Shown here: piece by piece, positions 42,891 to 62,762 of the stretch
Layout: every line of letters starts with the position of its first letter
Numbering within the stretch: position 1 is the first letter of the stretch
Assembly: GCF_009914755.1 (NCBI RefSeq)
Contig: NC_060935.1
DNA: 64,000 bases
DNA from: the human T2T-CHM13v2.0 reference genome, Homo sapiens
Strand: one strand, 5' to 3'
Position numbers and translations under genes: made by a program
The notes under the pieces: generated by a model
Seen by the model: only the letters and a program-made list of their open reading frames with translations
What the model was told of the DNA's origin: nothing
The model's database searches: none

Positions 42891-43346
42891 TGTGATGTTT
42901 AATACTGAGTGTCAACTTGATTGGATTGAAGGATACAAAGTATTGACCCTGGGTGTGTCCATGAGGGTGTTGCCAAAAGAGGTTAACATTTGAGTCAGTG
43001 GGCTGGGGAAGGCAGATCCACCCTTAATGTGGTGAGCACAATCTAATCAGCTGCGAGCAAATATAAAGCAGGCAGATAAATGTGAAAAGAAGAGATTGCC
43101 CTGGCCTCCCAGCCTACATCTTTCTCCAGTGCTGGATGCTTCCTGCCCTCGAACATTTGACTCCAAGTTCTTCAGTTTTAGGACTTGGGTTGGCTCTCCC
43201 TGCTCCTCAGCTTGCAGACAGCCTATTGTGGGACCTTATAATCATGTAAGTTAATACTTAATAAACTCTCCTCTCTCTATATATATATTAGGCTACATCG
43301 GTATATTCTATTAGTTCTGTCCCTCTAGAGAACCCTGACTAATACA
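42891..43346 (+). mobile_element. MLT2A1 5' LTR of HERV-L
   Basis: TGTGATGTTTAATACTGAGTGTCAACTTGATTGGATTGAAGG...TATAAA...AATAAA...AGAGAACCCTGACTAATACA. Confidence 0.93.
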
Positions 43347-43351
43347 GATTT

Positions 43352-43366
43352 TGGTACCAGAAGTGG
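43352..43366 (+). promoter_or_regulatory. Primer-binding site complementary to tRNA-Leu(TAA)
   Basis: TGGTACCAGAAGTGG 5 nt after the LTR; the Leu PBS defines HERV-L. Confidence 0.8.
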
Positions 43367-43440
43367 TTTTAGAGGAACAGAATATTAAGGATGAAGTTCT
43401 TTCGTTGTTTTGGAGGGGTTTCTGGAGTTGGCTGCTTAAT

Positions 43441-45120
43441 ATGATTAGACCCGAATATGCTAAGGACTCTACTTCTAATAGTATGAAAAACACTGATAGC
43501 CCTTGGTGTGAACTGTTTAGGGAGCTATGCCAAATAAATGCATTTTACACTCCTGGTTCACTGCTCGTGAGAGGCAAGGAGTTAATACATTTGACCATAT
43601 GTGGAGAACCAAGAACATAATGAAGCTGATTGGTTGCTCCTAAGTTCAGTGGACAAAGTGATGAAAGAAAATGATGAACTCAGGGATCCTGTCTCCCAGC
43701 TTCTGAAGCAGATACTAAGCCTCAAATCTACTAAGATTGCCGTGAGTGAGAGTCTTACCTCCTGTAGAGAAAGTGCTGAAATTGTGGAAAAACAGACACA
43801 AGCTCTTATCATGCAAGTGGCTGACCTGCAATGAAAGATGCATGCACAGCCTCACCAGGTATCTACTGTTAAAGTGAGGGCATTGACTGGAAGATAATGG
43901 AACCTTGAAACTTGGAATGGGGATGTGTGAGAGGACCATGGTGAAGCTGGGGACACTGAGTTTGTAAACTCTGATGAACCTTTTTTGCCAGAAGGAACAG
44001 CTTCCCCATCCCCAGCAGTGGCAACATCCCCTCCCCAACCCATGCTGCCATCAGCCTTTCCACCCTTGTCTGAGGAGATAAACCCTGTGCTGCCTGAGGC
44101 AACTGTGATGCCCTCCCCTGAGGCAGTTGCCACGCAAAATAATGTTGATTCTCCTTAGGAGTCACCCCCAACACCCCTGCTTGTTTCTAGACCTATAACT
44201 AGACTAAAGTCCCGGTGGGCCCCTAGAGGTGAGGTTGAGAGTGTGACCCATGAGGAGGTGTGCTACGTTCGAAAAGAATTTTTGAGTTTTCTAACTTATA
44301 TAAACAGAAATGTGGAGAACAGGCATGGGAATGGATATTAAGGATATGGGATTATGGTGGAAGGAACATAGAGTTGGATCAGGCTGAATTTATTGTTTTG
44401 GGCCCACTAAGTAGGGACTCTGCTTTTAATGTTGCAGCTTGGGGAGTTGAAAAAAGTTCTAATAATTTATTTGCTTGGCTAGCTGAAATATGGATTAAAA
44501 GATGGCCCACTGTGAGCAATCTGGAAATGCCTGATCTCCCTTCGTTTAATGTAGAGGAAGGGATCCAAAGGCTTAGGGAGATTGTGATGGTGGAATGGAT
44601 TAGTCACTTGAAACCTACTCATCTCAGCTGGGAGGGTCCAGAAGATATACCCTTGACCAGGCCCTCGCAAAATATATTTGTGAGGGCAGCACCTGCATCT
44701 TTGAAGAGCCCTGTAATTGCTCTTCTCTATATGTCAGATCTAATGGTGAGAACTGCAGTCACTCAACTACAAAATTTAAATACAATGGGAATAATTGGAT
44801 CCCAAGGGGGCAGGGACCGAGTGGCACCACTCAACCATCAAAGGCAAAGTGGGCATGGCTACCATAATGGACAGCAGAGGGAAAGTGGCAATCAGAATAG
44901 TCTGACTGGTGTAGAGCTCTGGCACTGGCTAATTAATCATGTTGTTTCTAGAAGTGAAGTTGATAGGAAGCCTACTACCTTCCTACTTAATTTATACAAG
45001 CAGAAAACTTCTAGGTCGAATGGACGAAAGACTAGTTTGAATTATAAAAACAGAGAATCACGGCCCCTCAATCAATTCCCAGACTTGAGCCAGTTTACAG
45101 ACCCAGAACCCCTTGAATGA
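43441..45120 (+). pseudogene. HERV-L gag (Fv1/MuERV-L gag family); longest open segment 44260-45120
   Basis: WEWILRIWDYGGRNIELDQAEF...LWHWLINH; stops and frameshifts in the 5' half. Confidence 0.88.
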
Positions 45121-46137
45121 AGGGGAGGCCAGGTCCCCTTGAGGAAGGACCTCACTACATTACCAACAATTTATGCAGTGAATTGTTCTCCCATCCTTCC
45201 CCAAGGAGACCTCCAGCCTTTTACCAGGGTAACTGTGCACTGGGGAAAGTGAAATGATCAGACATTTCAGGGACTACTGGACACTGGCTCTGAGCTGACA
45301 TTGATTCCAGGGGACCCAAATGTCATTGTGGTCCTCCAGTTAAAGTAGAGGCTTATGGATGTCAGCTAATTAATAGAGTTTTAGCTCAGGTCCAACTTAC
45401 AGTGGGCCCAGTGAGTCTCCAGACTCATCCTGTTGTCATTTCCCCAGTGCCAGAATGCATAATTGGCATAGACATACTTAGCAGCTGGCAGAACCCCACA
45501 TTGGCTCCCTGACTGGTAGGGTGAGGGCTATTACAGTGGGAAAGGCCGAATGGAAGCCATTAGAACTGCCTCTACCTAGAAAAACAGTAAATCAAAAACA
45601 ATATCGCATCCCTGGAGGGATTGTGGAGATTAGCGCCACCATCAAGAACTTGAAAGATGCAGGAGTGGTGATTCCCACCACATCCCCATTCAACTCTCCC
45701 ATTTGGCCTCTACAGAAGACAGATGGATTTTGGAGAATGACAGTGGATTTTCATAAGCTTAACCAAGTGGTGACTCTAATTGCAGCTGCTGCACCAGATG
45801 TGGTTTCATTGCTTAAGAAAATTAATTCCTGATACCTGGGATGCAGCCATTGACTTGGCAAATCCCTTTTTCTTCATTCCTGTCCATGAGGCCCACCAGA
45901 AGCAATTTGCCTTCAGCTGGCAAGGCCGTCAATATACCCTTACCGTCCTACCTCGGGGTGTATCAACTCTCCAGCTTTGTGTCATAATCTTATTCAGAGA
46001 GACCTTGATCACTTTTCACTTCAGCAAGATATTACACTGGTCCATTACATTGATGACATTATGCTGATTGGATCCAGTGAACAAGAAGTAGCAAGCCCAC
46101 TGGACTTATTTATTTATTTATTTATTTATTTATTTTT

Positions 46138-46463
46138 TGCAGTTGCAAGATTTAATAGAGTGAAAACAGAGCTCCCATACAAAGGGAGGGGACCCAAAGA
46201 GGGTAGCCGTTGCTGGCTCAAATGCCTGGGTTTATATCTCGATCATTGTCCCTCGTGCTGTGCTCTCAGGCGATAGATGATTGGCTATTTCTTTACCTAC
46301 TGTTTTTGCCTAATTAGCATTTTAGTGAGCTCTCTTTACTACCTGATTGGTCAGGTGTGAAATAAGTTGCAAGCCCTGTGTTTAAAGGTGGATGTGGTCA
46401 CCTTCCCAGCCAGGCTTAGGGATTCTTAGTCAGCCTAGGAAATCCAGCTAGTTCTGTCTCTCA
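46138..46463 (-). mobile_element. LTR17 U3-R (no U5)
   Basis: TGAGAGACAGAACTAGCTGGATTTCCTAGG...CCAAT...GATATAAACCC...ATTAAATCTTGCAACTGCA then (TAAA)n. Confidence 0.93.
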
Positions 46464-47387
46464 GTCCCCGCTCTCAACAGGAAAACCCAAGTGCTGTTGG
46501 GGAGGTTGGCCGACAACCGCTGTAACAGCTTCCTGCCAAATTGAGGCATAGTAGGGGTTGTGCGGTTGAGATTTCCTCGGGAGGGGTGCCTTCGACGTCA
46601 TCAATGTCGGAGTGTGGGCTAGCAGGCCGGTCCAGGGGTCTGCAGTAGATCTTAGTCATGGACTGCATCTGGGGCTCCATTTGAAGAACAATTTGTAGAT
46701 TTACAGCTTCAATTCTGGAAGAGACAAACTTAACAAGGAGGTTAAAGATACAGGGATTGAAATGTATGGCCTGCAGTGTAGGGGATTATTTCTTTGGCAC
46801 ACTTTACAGGCCCTGACTATCTGCTTGATAATTTTTAAAATGCCTGGTCCAGTAAATAATAATTTGGCCATCTGATGGATGCTATCAATGCCTAAGTTTA
46901 AGGTTTGGTGAAGGGTTTTAAGTAATTTTCATCGGTTAGCTGCAGGCAAAAGTATTTTTCCTTTGTTGGCTAGCCATCCTGAGGGTGGGTTCCCTATTCT
47001 ATTTCTCCTGTTGAGTACTGGGGCTTGGCTTCCTGGAGGGGATTACCCCATAGTAGGGGTCTTTCTATAAGCATTTTTAATGGAGGGTCCTGCCTTGTGG
47101 CTCTTTTGGCTTCAATATTCTCTTGGCTATTCCCTTTTATTTTCTTTTCCTTTCCTTTCTGATGACCCCGGCAGTGTAAGACTGCCACCTCTTTAGATTT
47201 CTGCACAGCCAATAATAATCTCCTGACGGCTTCCTGATGTTTGATTGGTGTTCTCTCGGAAGTTAGGAATTCCCTTTCTCTCCATATTGCTGCATGGGCA
47301 TGGAGGACTAGGTAAGCATACTTACAGTCTGTATCTCTATTTACCCTTTTTTCTTTTTCTAATTTTAGTGCCCAAGTGAGGGCTATT

Positions 47388-47473
47388 TTAGTTTTGCCAG
47401 CTGAGTGATAGTTTATATTAGTTTTGCCAGCTGAGTGATAGTTTATATTAGTTTTGCCAGCTGAGCGATAGTT
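47388..47473. repeat. 30-bp tandem repeat, ~2.9 copies
   Basis: ttagttttgccagctgagtgatagtttata x2 plus a partial third copy. Confidence 0.95.
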
Positions 47474-50221
47474 CCTGGAGTGAGGGGATTACTTTCAAGT
47501 ATTTTATTATTACTGACCAGTGCATACCCCGCCTTTCAAATTCCTTTTTCAACAAAGGAACTTTCATCAGTATACAAGTTGAGGTCAGGATCAGTCAAGG
47601 GAACCTCTAGAAGGTCCCCTCGAGTGGCATAGGTTTGAGCAATCACCTGTTGACAGTTATGTTCTATCTTTTTTTCATTGTCTGGAAGAAATGTGGCTGG
47701 GTTAAGAGTTGCACAAGTGTGCAGCCACATCACTGGCCCTTCAAGTAATAGAGCCTGATATTTAAGTAAACAGTTGTCTGACAGCCACAAGTCTCCTTTA
47801 GCAGTGAGTATGCCGTTGACATCATGAGATGTCCACACAGTAAGATCTCTTCCCTGTATCATTTTAACTGCTTCAGATACTAAGACTGCTACTGCCGCCA
47901 CTACCTGTAAACAGTGAGGCAAACCCTTTGCCACTACATCAATTTCCTTAATCAGGTATGCCATGGGTTGCAAGCTTGTCCCTTGGACCTGTGTAAGGAC
48001 TCCTAGAGTTATTCCTATTTTTTTCTGTGACATATAAAGAAAAGTCTTGCCCCGTTGGCAAGCTTAACACTGGGGCTTGGGTTAGTGCCTTCTTTAGGGC
48101 CTGGAAAGCCGCTTCTGCTTCAGGTGTCCATCTTACTAAATGGGTATTGGCTTTCTGAGTTTCCTTAATTTCACTGGACTTATTGGTGAGACATTTGCAT
48201 GCCAGAGGATGGGAAATAAATCTGACTAAAATTCAGGAAACTTCTACCTCATTAAAATTTCTAGGGGTCCAGTGGTGTGGGGCCTGTTGAAATATTCCTT
48301 CTAAGGTGAAGGATAAGTTGCTGCATTTGGCCCCTCCTACAACCAAGAAAGAGGCACAATGTCTAGTGAGCCTATTTGGATTTTGGAGGCAACACATTCC
48401 TCGTTTGGGTGTGTTGCTCTGGCCCATTTATCGGGTGACCCAAAAGGCTGCCGGTTTTGAGTGGGGTCAGGAGAATGGTTTGCAACAGGTCCAGGATGCT
48501 GTGCAAGCTGCTCTGCCACTTGGGCCATATGACCCAGTAGATCCGATGGTGCTTGAGATGTCAGTGGCAGAGAGGAATGCTGTTTGGAGCCTTTGGCAGG
48601 CCACCATAGGTGAATCACAGTGGAGGCCTCTAGGATTTTAGAGCAAGGCTCTGCTATCTTCTGCAGATAACTACTCTCCTTTTGGCCTGCTGCTGAGCTT
48701 TGGTGGAAACTGAACATTTGACTATGGGTCATCAAGTCACCATGCGACCTGAACTGCCTATCATAAACTGGGTGCTTTCTGGCCCATCTAGCCATAAAGT
48801 GGGTTATGCACAGCAGCATTCCATCATCAAATGGAAGTGGTACATACATGATCAGTTTCGAGCAGGTCCTGAAGGCACAAGTAAGTTACATGTGGAAGTG
48901 GCTCAAATGCTCCTGCCACCCTGCCTTCTCTTCTCCAGCCTGCACCAATGGCCTTATGGGGAGTTCCCTATGATCAGTTGACAGAGGAAGAGAAGACTAG
49001 GGCCTGGTTTACAGATGGTTTTTCATGATATGCAGGCACTACCCGAAAGTGGACAGCTGCAGCACTACAGGCCCTTTTTAGGACATCCCTGAAGGAGAAC
49101 AGTGAAGGGAAATCTTCCCAGTGGGCAGAACTTTGAGCAGTGCACCTGGTTGTGCACTTTGCATGGAAGGAGAAATGGCCAGATGTGTGATTACATACTA
49201 ATTCATGGGCTGTGGCCAATGGTTTGGCTGGATGGTCAGGGACTTGGAAGAAGCATGATTGGAAAATTGGTGACAAAGAAACTTGGGGAAGTGGGTATGT
49301 GAATGGACCTCTCTGAGTGGTCAAAAACCATGAAGATATTTGTATCCCATGTGAGTGCTCACCAACAGGTGACCTCAGCAGAGGAGGTATTTTAATAATC
49401 AAGTGGATAGGATGACCCATTCTATGGACACCACTCAGTCTCTTTCCCCAGCCACCCCTGTCATTGCCCAATGGGCCCATGAACAAAGTGGCCATGGTGG
49501 CAGGCATGGAGGTTATGCATGGACTCAGCAACATGGACTTCCACTCACCAAGGCTGACCTGGCTATGGCCACTGCTGAGTGCCCAATTTGCCAGCAGCAG
49601 AAACCAACACTGAGCCCTCGATATGGCACCATTCCTCAGGGTGATCAGCCAGCTACCTGGTGGCAGGTTGATTATATTGGACCTCTTGCATCACGGAAAG
49701 GGCAGAGGTTTGTCCTCACTGGAATAGACACTTAGCCCAGATATGGGTTTGCCTATCTTGCACGCAATGTTTCTGCCAAGACTACCATACATGGACTCAT
49801 GGAATGCCTTATCCACCATCATGGTATTCCACACATCATTGCCTCTGACCAAGGCACTCACTTTGTGGCTAAAGAAGTGCGGCAGTGGGCTCACGCTCAT
49901 GGAATTCACTGGTTTCACCATGTTGCCTATCATCCTGAAGCAGGTGGATTGACAGAATGGTGGAATGGCCTTTTGAAGTCACAATTACAACGCCAACTAG
50001 GTGACAATACTTTGCAGGACTGGGGCAAAGTTCCCCAGAAGGCCATGTATGCTCTGATTCAGTGTCCAATATATGGTATTGTTTCTCCCATAGCCAGGAT
50101 TCACAGGTCCAGGAATCAAGGGGTGAAAGTGGAAATGGCACCATTCACCATCACCCCTAGCGATCCACTAGCAAAATGTTTGCTTCCTGTTCTTGTGACA
50201 TTACGTTCTGCTGGCCTATAG

Positions 50222-51134
<913 letters not shown>

Positions 51135-51314
51135 TGAGAGTTTAAGTATTGTTAACTTTATGTAATAGTATTTGAGTTGGGGATTATTGCATTTCCAGTT
51201 GTACGAAGGACAGTGGTATTATGTTGGGCATAATTATGAACTTATTGTCTTTATTTGAAGATTATGTATGATCTCAGGAGATGTGTATGGGTCCAAGTTG
51301 ACAAGGGGTGGACT

Positions 51315-51365
51315 TGTGATGGTTAATACTGAGTGTCAACTTGATTGGATTGAAGGATACAAAGT
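51315..51365 (+). mobile_element. Truncated MLT2A1 3' LTR (first 51 bp)
   Basis: Near-identical to 42891-42941 (one mismatch), then fused to an AluJ right arm (51366-51506). Confidence 0.92.
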
Positions 51366-51515
51366 GCATGGTGGTGCATGCCTGTAGTCTTAGCTACTTG
51401 GGATGCTGAGGTGGGATTGCTTGAGTCAAGAAATTCAAGACTGTGGTGAGCTATGATTGCATCACCATACTCTAGCCCATGCGAGACCCAGTCTCTTAAA
51501 AAAAAATAATGTTGG

Positions 51516-51974
51516 CATGCACGCATATGTTCATTGCAGCACTATTCACAGTAGCAAAAACATGCAATCAACCTAATTGGATTGAAAAAATATAGTCCAT
51601 ATACACCATGAAATACTATGCAGCCATAAACAAGAACAAGATTATGTCCTTTGCGGGGACATGGATGGCTGGAGGCCATAATCCTTAGCAAACTAATTCA
51701 GGAACAGAAAACCAAATCCCAGATGTTCTTACTTATAAGTGAGAGCTAAATGATGAGAACACATAGACACATAGAGGGGAATAACACACACTGGGGCCTT
51801 TCAGAAGGTGGAGGGTGGAAGGAGGGAGAAGATCAGGAAAAATAACTAATGGGTACTGGCTTAATACCTGGGTGATGAAATAATCTGTATGACAAACCCT
51901 CATGACACAAGTTTACCTAAGTAACAAACCTGCACATGTAACCCTGAACTTAAAAGTTAAAAAAAAAAAAAAAA
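51516..51974 (+). mobile_element. L1PA (older primate L1) 3' end with A-tail
   Basis: catgcacgcatatgttcattgcagcactattcaca...gaacagaaaaccaaa...cctgaacttaaaagttaaaaaa. Confidence 0.9.
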
Positions 51975-52428
51975 GTGTTGGATGACACAGGATTCCAAGC
52001 TTCTTGCCTGCACAGCTTGCTTGTGCCTGCAGTATGACTTGTGCTTGATCCTGGATGCACCACTTCCATCTCTTAAAATAGAGTTGCAGTGCTTGGTGGC
52101 TCTGATGGAAACCAACTGACGAAGGGCAAGTGTAGCCCTATGGTCATTTGGTGCTTAATGGTCAGGCTTTTCACCTCTCTCAGTGCCCAGTATCATGCTA
52201 GTAGCTTTTCTTAAGGCATATAATTCTCTACTATGGATGGAACAACTATGATCCAGAAACCTAGGGCTGCTTGTGATTCTCCCATTGAGTCTTACCATAA
52301 ACTCCATTGGGTGTCTTTCCCTACCGCCGACACGTTTAATGCTATAGGATCTGCGGGTTGTTTGGTTCAAGCAGCAAGGCCACTTGCATGACAATACAGA
52401 CCTGCTTCAGAGCCTTTTCCTTTTCTAG

Positions 52429-52794
<366 letters not shown>

Positions 52795-53670
52795 TGATCC
52801 ACCTGCCTTGGCCTCCCAAAATGCTGGGGATTACAGGTGTGGGCCACTTCGCCCAGCAGCAATTTATTCTTTACTTCAGGTGAAATATCCCAGCATGGAC
52901 CTGATCACTTTTCACTCTTGTGTCAAGTTCCTGAGTCTTTATAGGGTTTATTTCACATCTCGGAAGTGAACGTAGCTTCCAGCATCATAAAGACTTCCAG
53001 CATTATAGCCACGTCTTGCTCATTCCACCTAATAGCATGATGTCATTTATCAAAATGATGTTGAACAGGATGTTGACATAGTCCAGATCTCTTTGGACTA
53101 TAGGATGACAGAGGACAGGAGAGTTAACATAGCCCTAGGGCAAAACTGTACATTTCTGCTGTGGTCTATTACATGTGAATGCAAACTGTTTCTGATCCTA
53201 TTTTCTTATGGGGATAGGAAAGATTGTATTCACCAAATCAAAAGCCATAAGCCATGTACCTAGGACCATGTTAATCTACTCAAGCAAAGATACCTCATCT
53301 GGGACAGTGCTACGATTGATGCCACTGGTGCCATAATTGGTTGAGTTTGAGAGTCTACTGCCATTCTACAATATCTGTTTAGTGTTTTCAGGGGGAGGAC
53401 TGGTAAATTAAATGAAGATATATGAGGATTACCAGCCCTGAATCCTAAAATGTCTAACAATGGTCCTAATTTTCACCATCTCCTCCAGTATATATTTATT
53501 ATCTTGGCCAGGGAACATGTGCACTTTCGGAAGCTACTACTTCGCCTTCCCCACTACGCTAGTTTTTACTACACAATGAAAAGGGGAACAACACACACTG
53601 GGGACTTTCAGAGTGTGGAGGGTGGGAGGAGAAACAGGCTAATGATCTAGTATGTGCCAATTACCAGGCA

Positions 53671-55660
<1,990 letters not shown>

Positions 55661-55961
55661 TATGTCTATTTCGATTATACATTTGAGGAATGAGGAAATG
55701 ACCACTGGATGAGTCTCTAGATACAGTGAACCCACGTGAGCTGTAAGCTGTCCCTAAGCAGGGGATCATTTATTACCTGATCCCTGTATGCCCCTATTCT
55801 AACAGCGGACCCATGATGACACTTCAGGTCTCTGAGTGTCATCAGAGTCAACTTGGACCTTGTGTCCAATGGTCCTTGTGCATAGTTACCCAAGTAAATG
55901 GCTACAGTTCTCTTTGGAAAAGGATGGAGGCAAACATTACTCTAATACGTACACTTGCTGA

Positions 55962-56204
<243 letters not shown>

Positions 56205-56439
56205 TAGCCAGCATGGTCTTGATCTCCTGACTTCGTGATCCGCCCGCCTCGGCCTCCCAAAGTGCTGGGATTACAGGTGTGAGCCACTGCGTCTGACCCT
56301 GGAGACCCAACCTCTTCTAAAGTCAGTAGACTCTGGATCTGAAAACTGGCTCAGTTCTGAAAACCGGGCAAGGGATTATGACTTTTTATTGGGGTGACTG
56401 TTCTCAACCTCCTGATCATACATCCTTGATTTATTTTGA

Positions 56440-57289
<850 letters not shown>

Positions 57290-57718
57290 CACCATGTTCT
57301 GCAACTATCTCCATAAATCTCTGCAAATAAGACCCCCTCTGACTGCCCCTTTGACCTTGACATACTTTATGATCATTGTGTCGTTATGGTTTCTAAGAAT
57401 GAAGTGTCGCCATCTAGACTCTGTTTTAGAGTCGTATCATTGCCAATCCTATCAGGGAGCCTAGTTCTGTAAGGACCTCTCCTACCATCAGCCCTATCCT
57501 CCGGAGGAGAGCCACAGTTGACCTTCTTAGTGAGTGACACAGACGCCCCTCTTACCAGGACATTCCTTATTGCCTCGGTAAATGATGTATCTCTGGGCCC
57601 TTCTGTGGTACAGAATCATCTGGAGGATTTTTCTACTTTTCTAAAATATCCATTTCAGCATGCCCAGTTCTCAGAGCCATTTAACCCTTTCTTCTACTAC
57701 CTGCCATGTCCCTTAGTC

Positions 57719-58058
57719 CAGGGGTGCCCAACCCCTGGGCCGTGGACTGGTACTGGTCCATGGCCTGTTAGGAACCGGGCTGCACAGCAGGAGGTGAGTG
57801 GGCGAGTGAGCATTACTGCCTGAGCTCTGCCTTCTGTCAGATCAGCAGTGGCATTAGATTCTCATAAAAGCATGAACCCTATTGTGAGCTGTGCATGCCG
57901 GGGATCTAGGTTGTGCGCTTCCTCTAAGAATCTAACTAAGGCTTGATGATCTGAGGTGGAACAGTTTCATCCCAAAACCATCTCCCCTCCCCACCATCCA
58001 CGGAAAAATTGCCTTCCACAAAACTGGTCCCTGGTGCCAAAAAGGCTGGGGGCCGTTG
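57719..58058 (+). mobile_element. MER1B hAT-Charlie element
   Basis: caggggtgcccaacccctgggc...ggtgccaaaaaggctggggg; perfect 8-bp TSD ccttagtc. Confidence 0.92.
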
Positions 58059-58269
58059 CCTTAGTCCATAGCAAGTGTTTAAAAAAAAAAAAAAAGGCCA
58101 GAAACAGTAGCTCACGCCTGTCATCCCAGCACTTTGGAGGCCAAGGTCGGGGGATCACTTGAGGTCAGGAGTTTGAGACCAGCCTGACCAACATGGTGAA
58201 ACCATGTCCCTACTAAAAATACAAATAAAATTAGCCAGGTGTGGTGACACACCACTGTAATCCCAGCTA

Positions 58270-58408
<139 letters not shown>

Positions 58409-58447
58409 TCACAACAATTCTGGCATCTGGCATCTAACTCCGGTTAG

Positions 58448-61268
<2,821 letters not shown>

Positions 61269-62023
61269 ACAGAAAGGGTGTGGCCTTGGGTAACGTGGCT
61301 CTCTGCCACTGAGGCAATCCCTGAAGAAACTGCTAGCTGAATGTTGCCTGTCAACAGCACTGCCAGAATCTGGGGCAATAAGTCTTTCACAGAGGGATGA
61401 TCAGAGTGGGGTATCTCAGTGTCCATCTTAGAAGATTATGAATTAGAAAGACTTAAGGGATATATCAACCACCTATATTGTGTTGATCATATGTTCCTGA
61501 TTCAACCACAGAAAAGATTTATGTGGCTGGGCATGGTGGCTCACACCTGTAATCCCAGCACTTTGGGAGACCAAGGTGGGAACATTGCTTGAGTCCAGGA
61601 GTTGAGCCTGGGCAACATAGTGAGACCCCATCTCCACAAAAAATACAAAAATTAGCTGGGAGTGGTGGAATGTGCCTGTAGTCCTAGCTACTTGGGAGGC
61701 TGAGGCAAGTGGATCACTTGAGCCTAGGAAAGTGGGGCTGCAGTGAGCTATGATCACACCACTGCACTCCAGCCTGGGCAACCGAGCAAGACCCTGTCTC
61801 CAAAAAATAAAGGAATGATGTGACAGTCAGGGAAATTGGAATACTAAACAGTGATATTAAAACATTATTGTTAGTTTTTTGGTGTGATAATGGTATTATT
61901 TTTCTAAAGAGCTCTTATCCTTTAGAAATACATACTAAAATGTGTATGAATGAAATGATACGCTATTGATTACAAGTGGGTTGGAGTATACATGAAATAA
62001 GAGTGACTATGAGTTGCTGGTAT

Positions 62024-62762
<739 letters not shown>

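Larger units (their letters stand above)
46111..48171 (-). mobile_element. HERV-W (HERV17/LTR17) processed pseudogene, 5'-truncated and internally deleted
   Basis: pol connection/RNase H/IN N-terminus, then the env cytoplasmic tail (MEPQMQSMTKIY..PLDRPASP), PPT, U3-R only and a decayed A-tail. 13-bp TSD cactggacttatt at 46098-46110 and 48172-48184. Confidence 0.95.
45121..50221 (+). pseudogene. HERV-L pro-pol, interrupted by the HERV-W insertion
   Basis: Protease LDTGS (45277-45291); [15 protein letters not shown] (46046-46057); RNase H WFTDG; integrase H-H-C-C, QVDYIGP, SDQG. Multiple stops and frameshifts. Confidence 0.92.

Noticed and set aside
46474-46755. Syncytin-like gene
   Set aside because: Only the env C-terminal tail remains, with no signal peptide, SU or fusion peptide.
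47388-47473. CRISPR-like repeat array
   Set aside because: Head-to-tail tandem units with no spacers, in a eukaryotic ERV.
53580-53640. ~60-bp L1PA 3'-UTR-like snippet resembling 51776-51837
   Set aside because: Too short and diverged to distinguish a local templated insertion from an independent L1 fragment.
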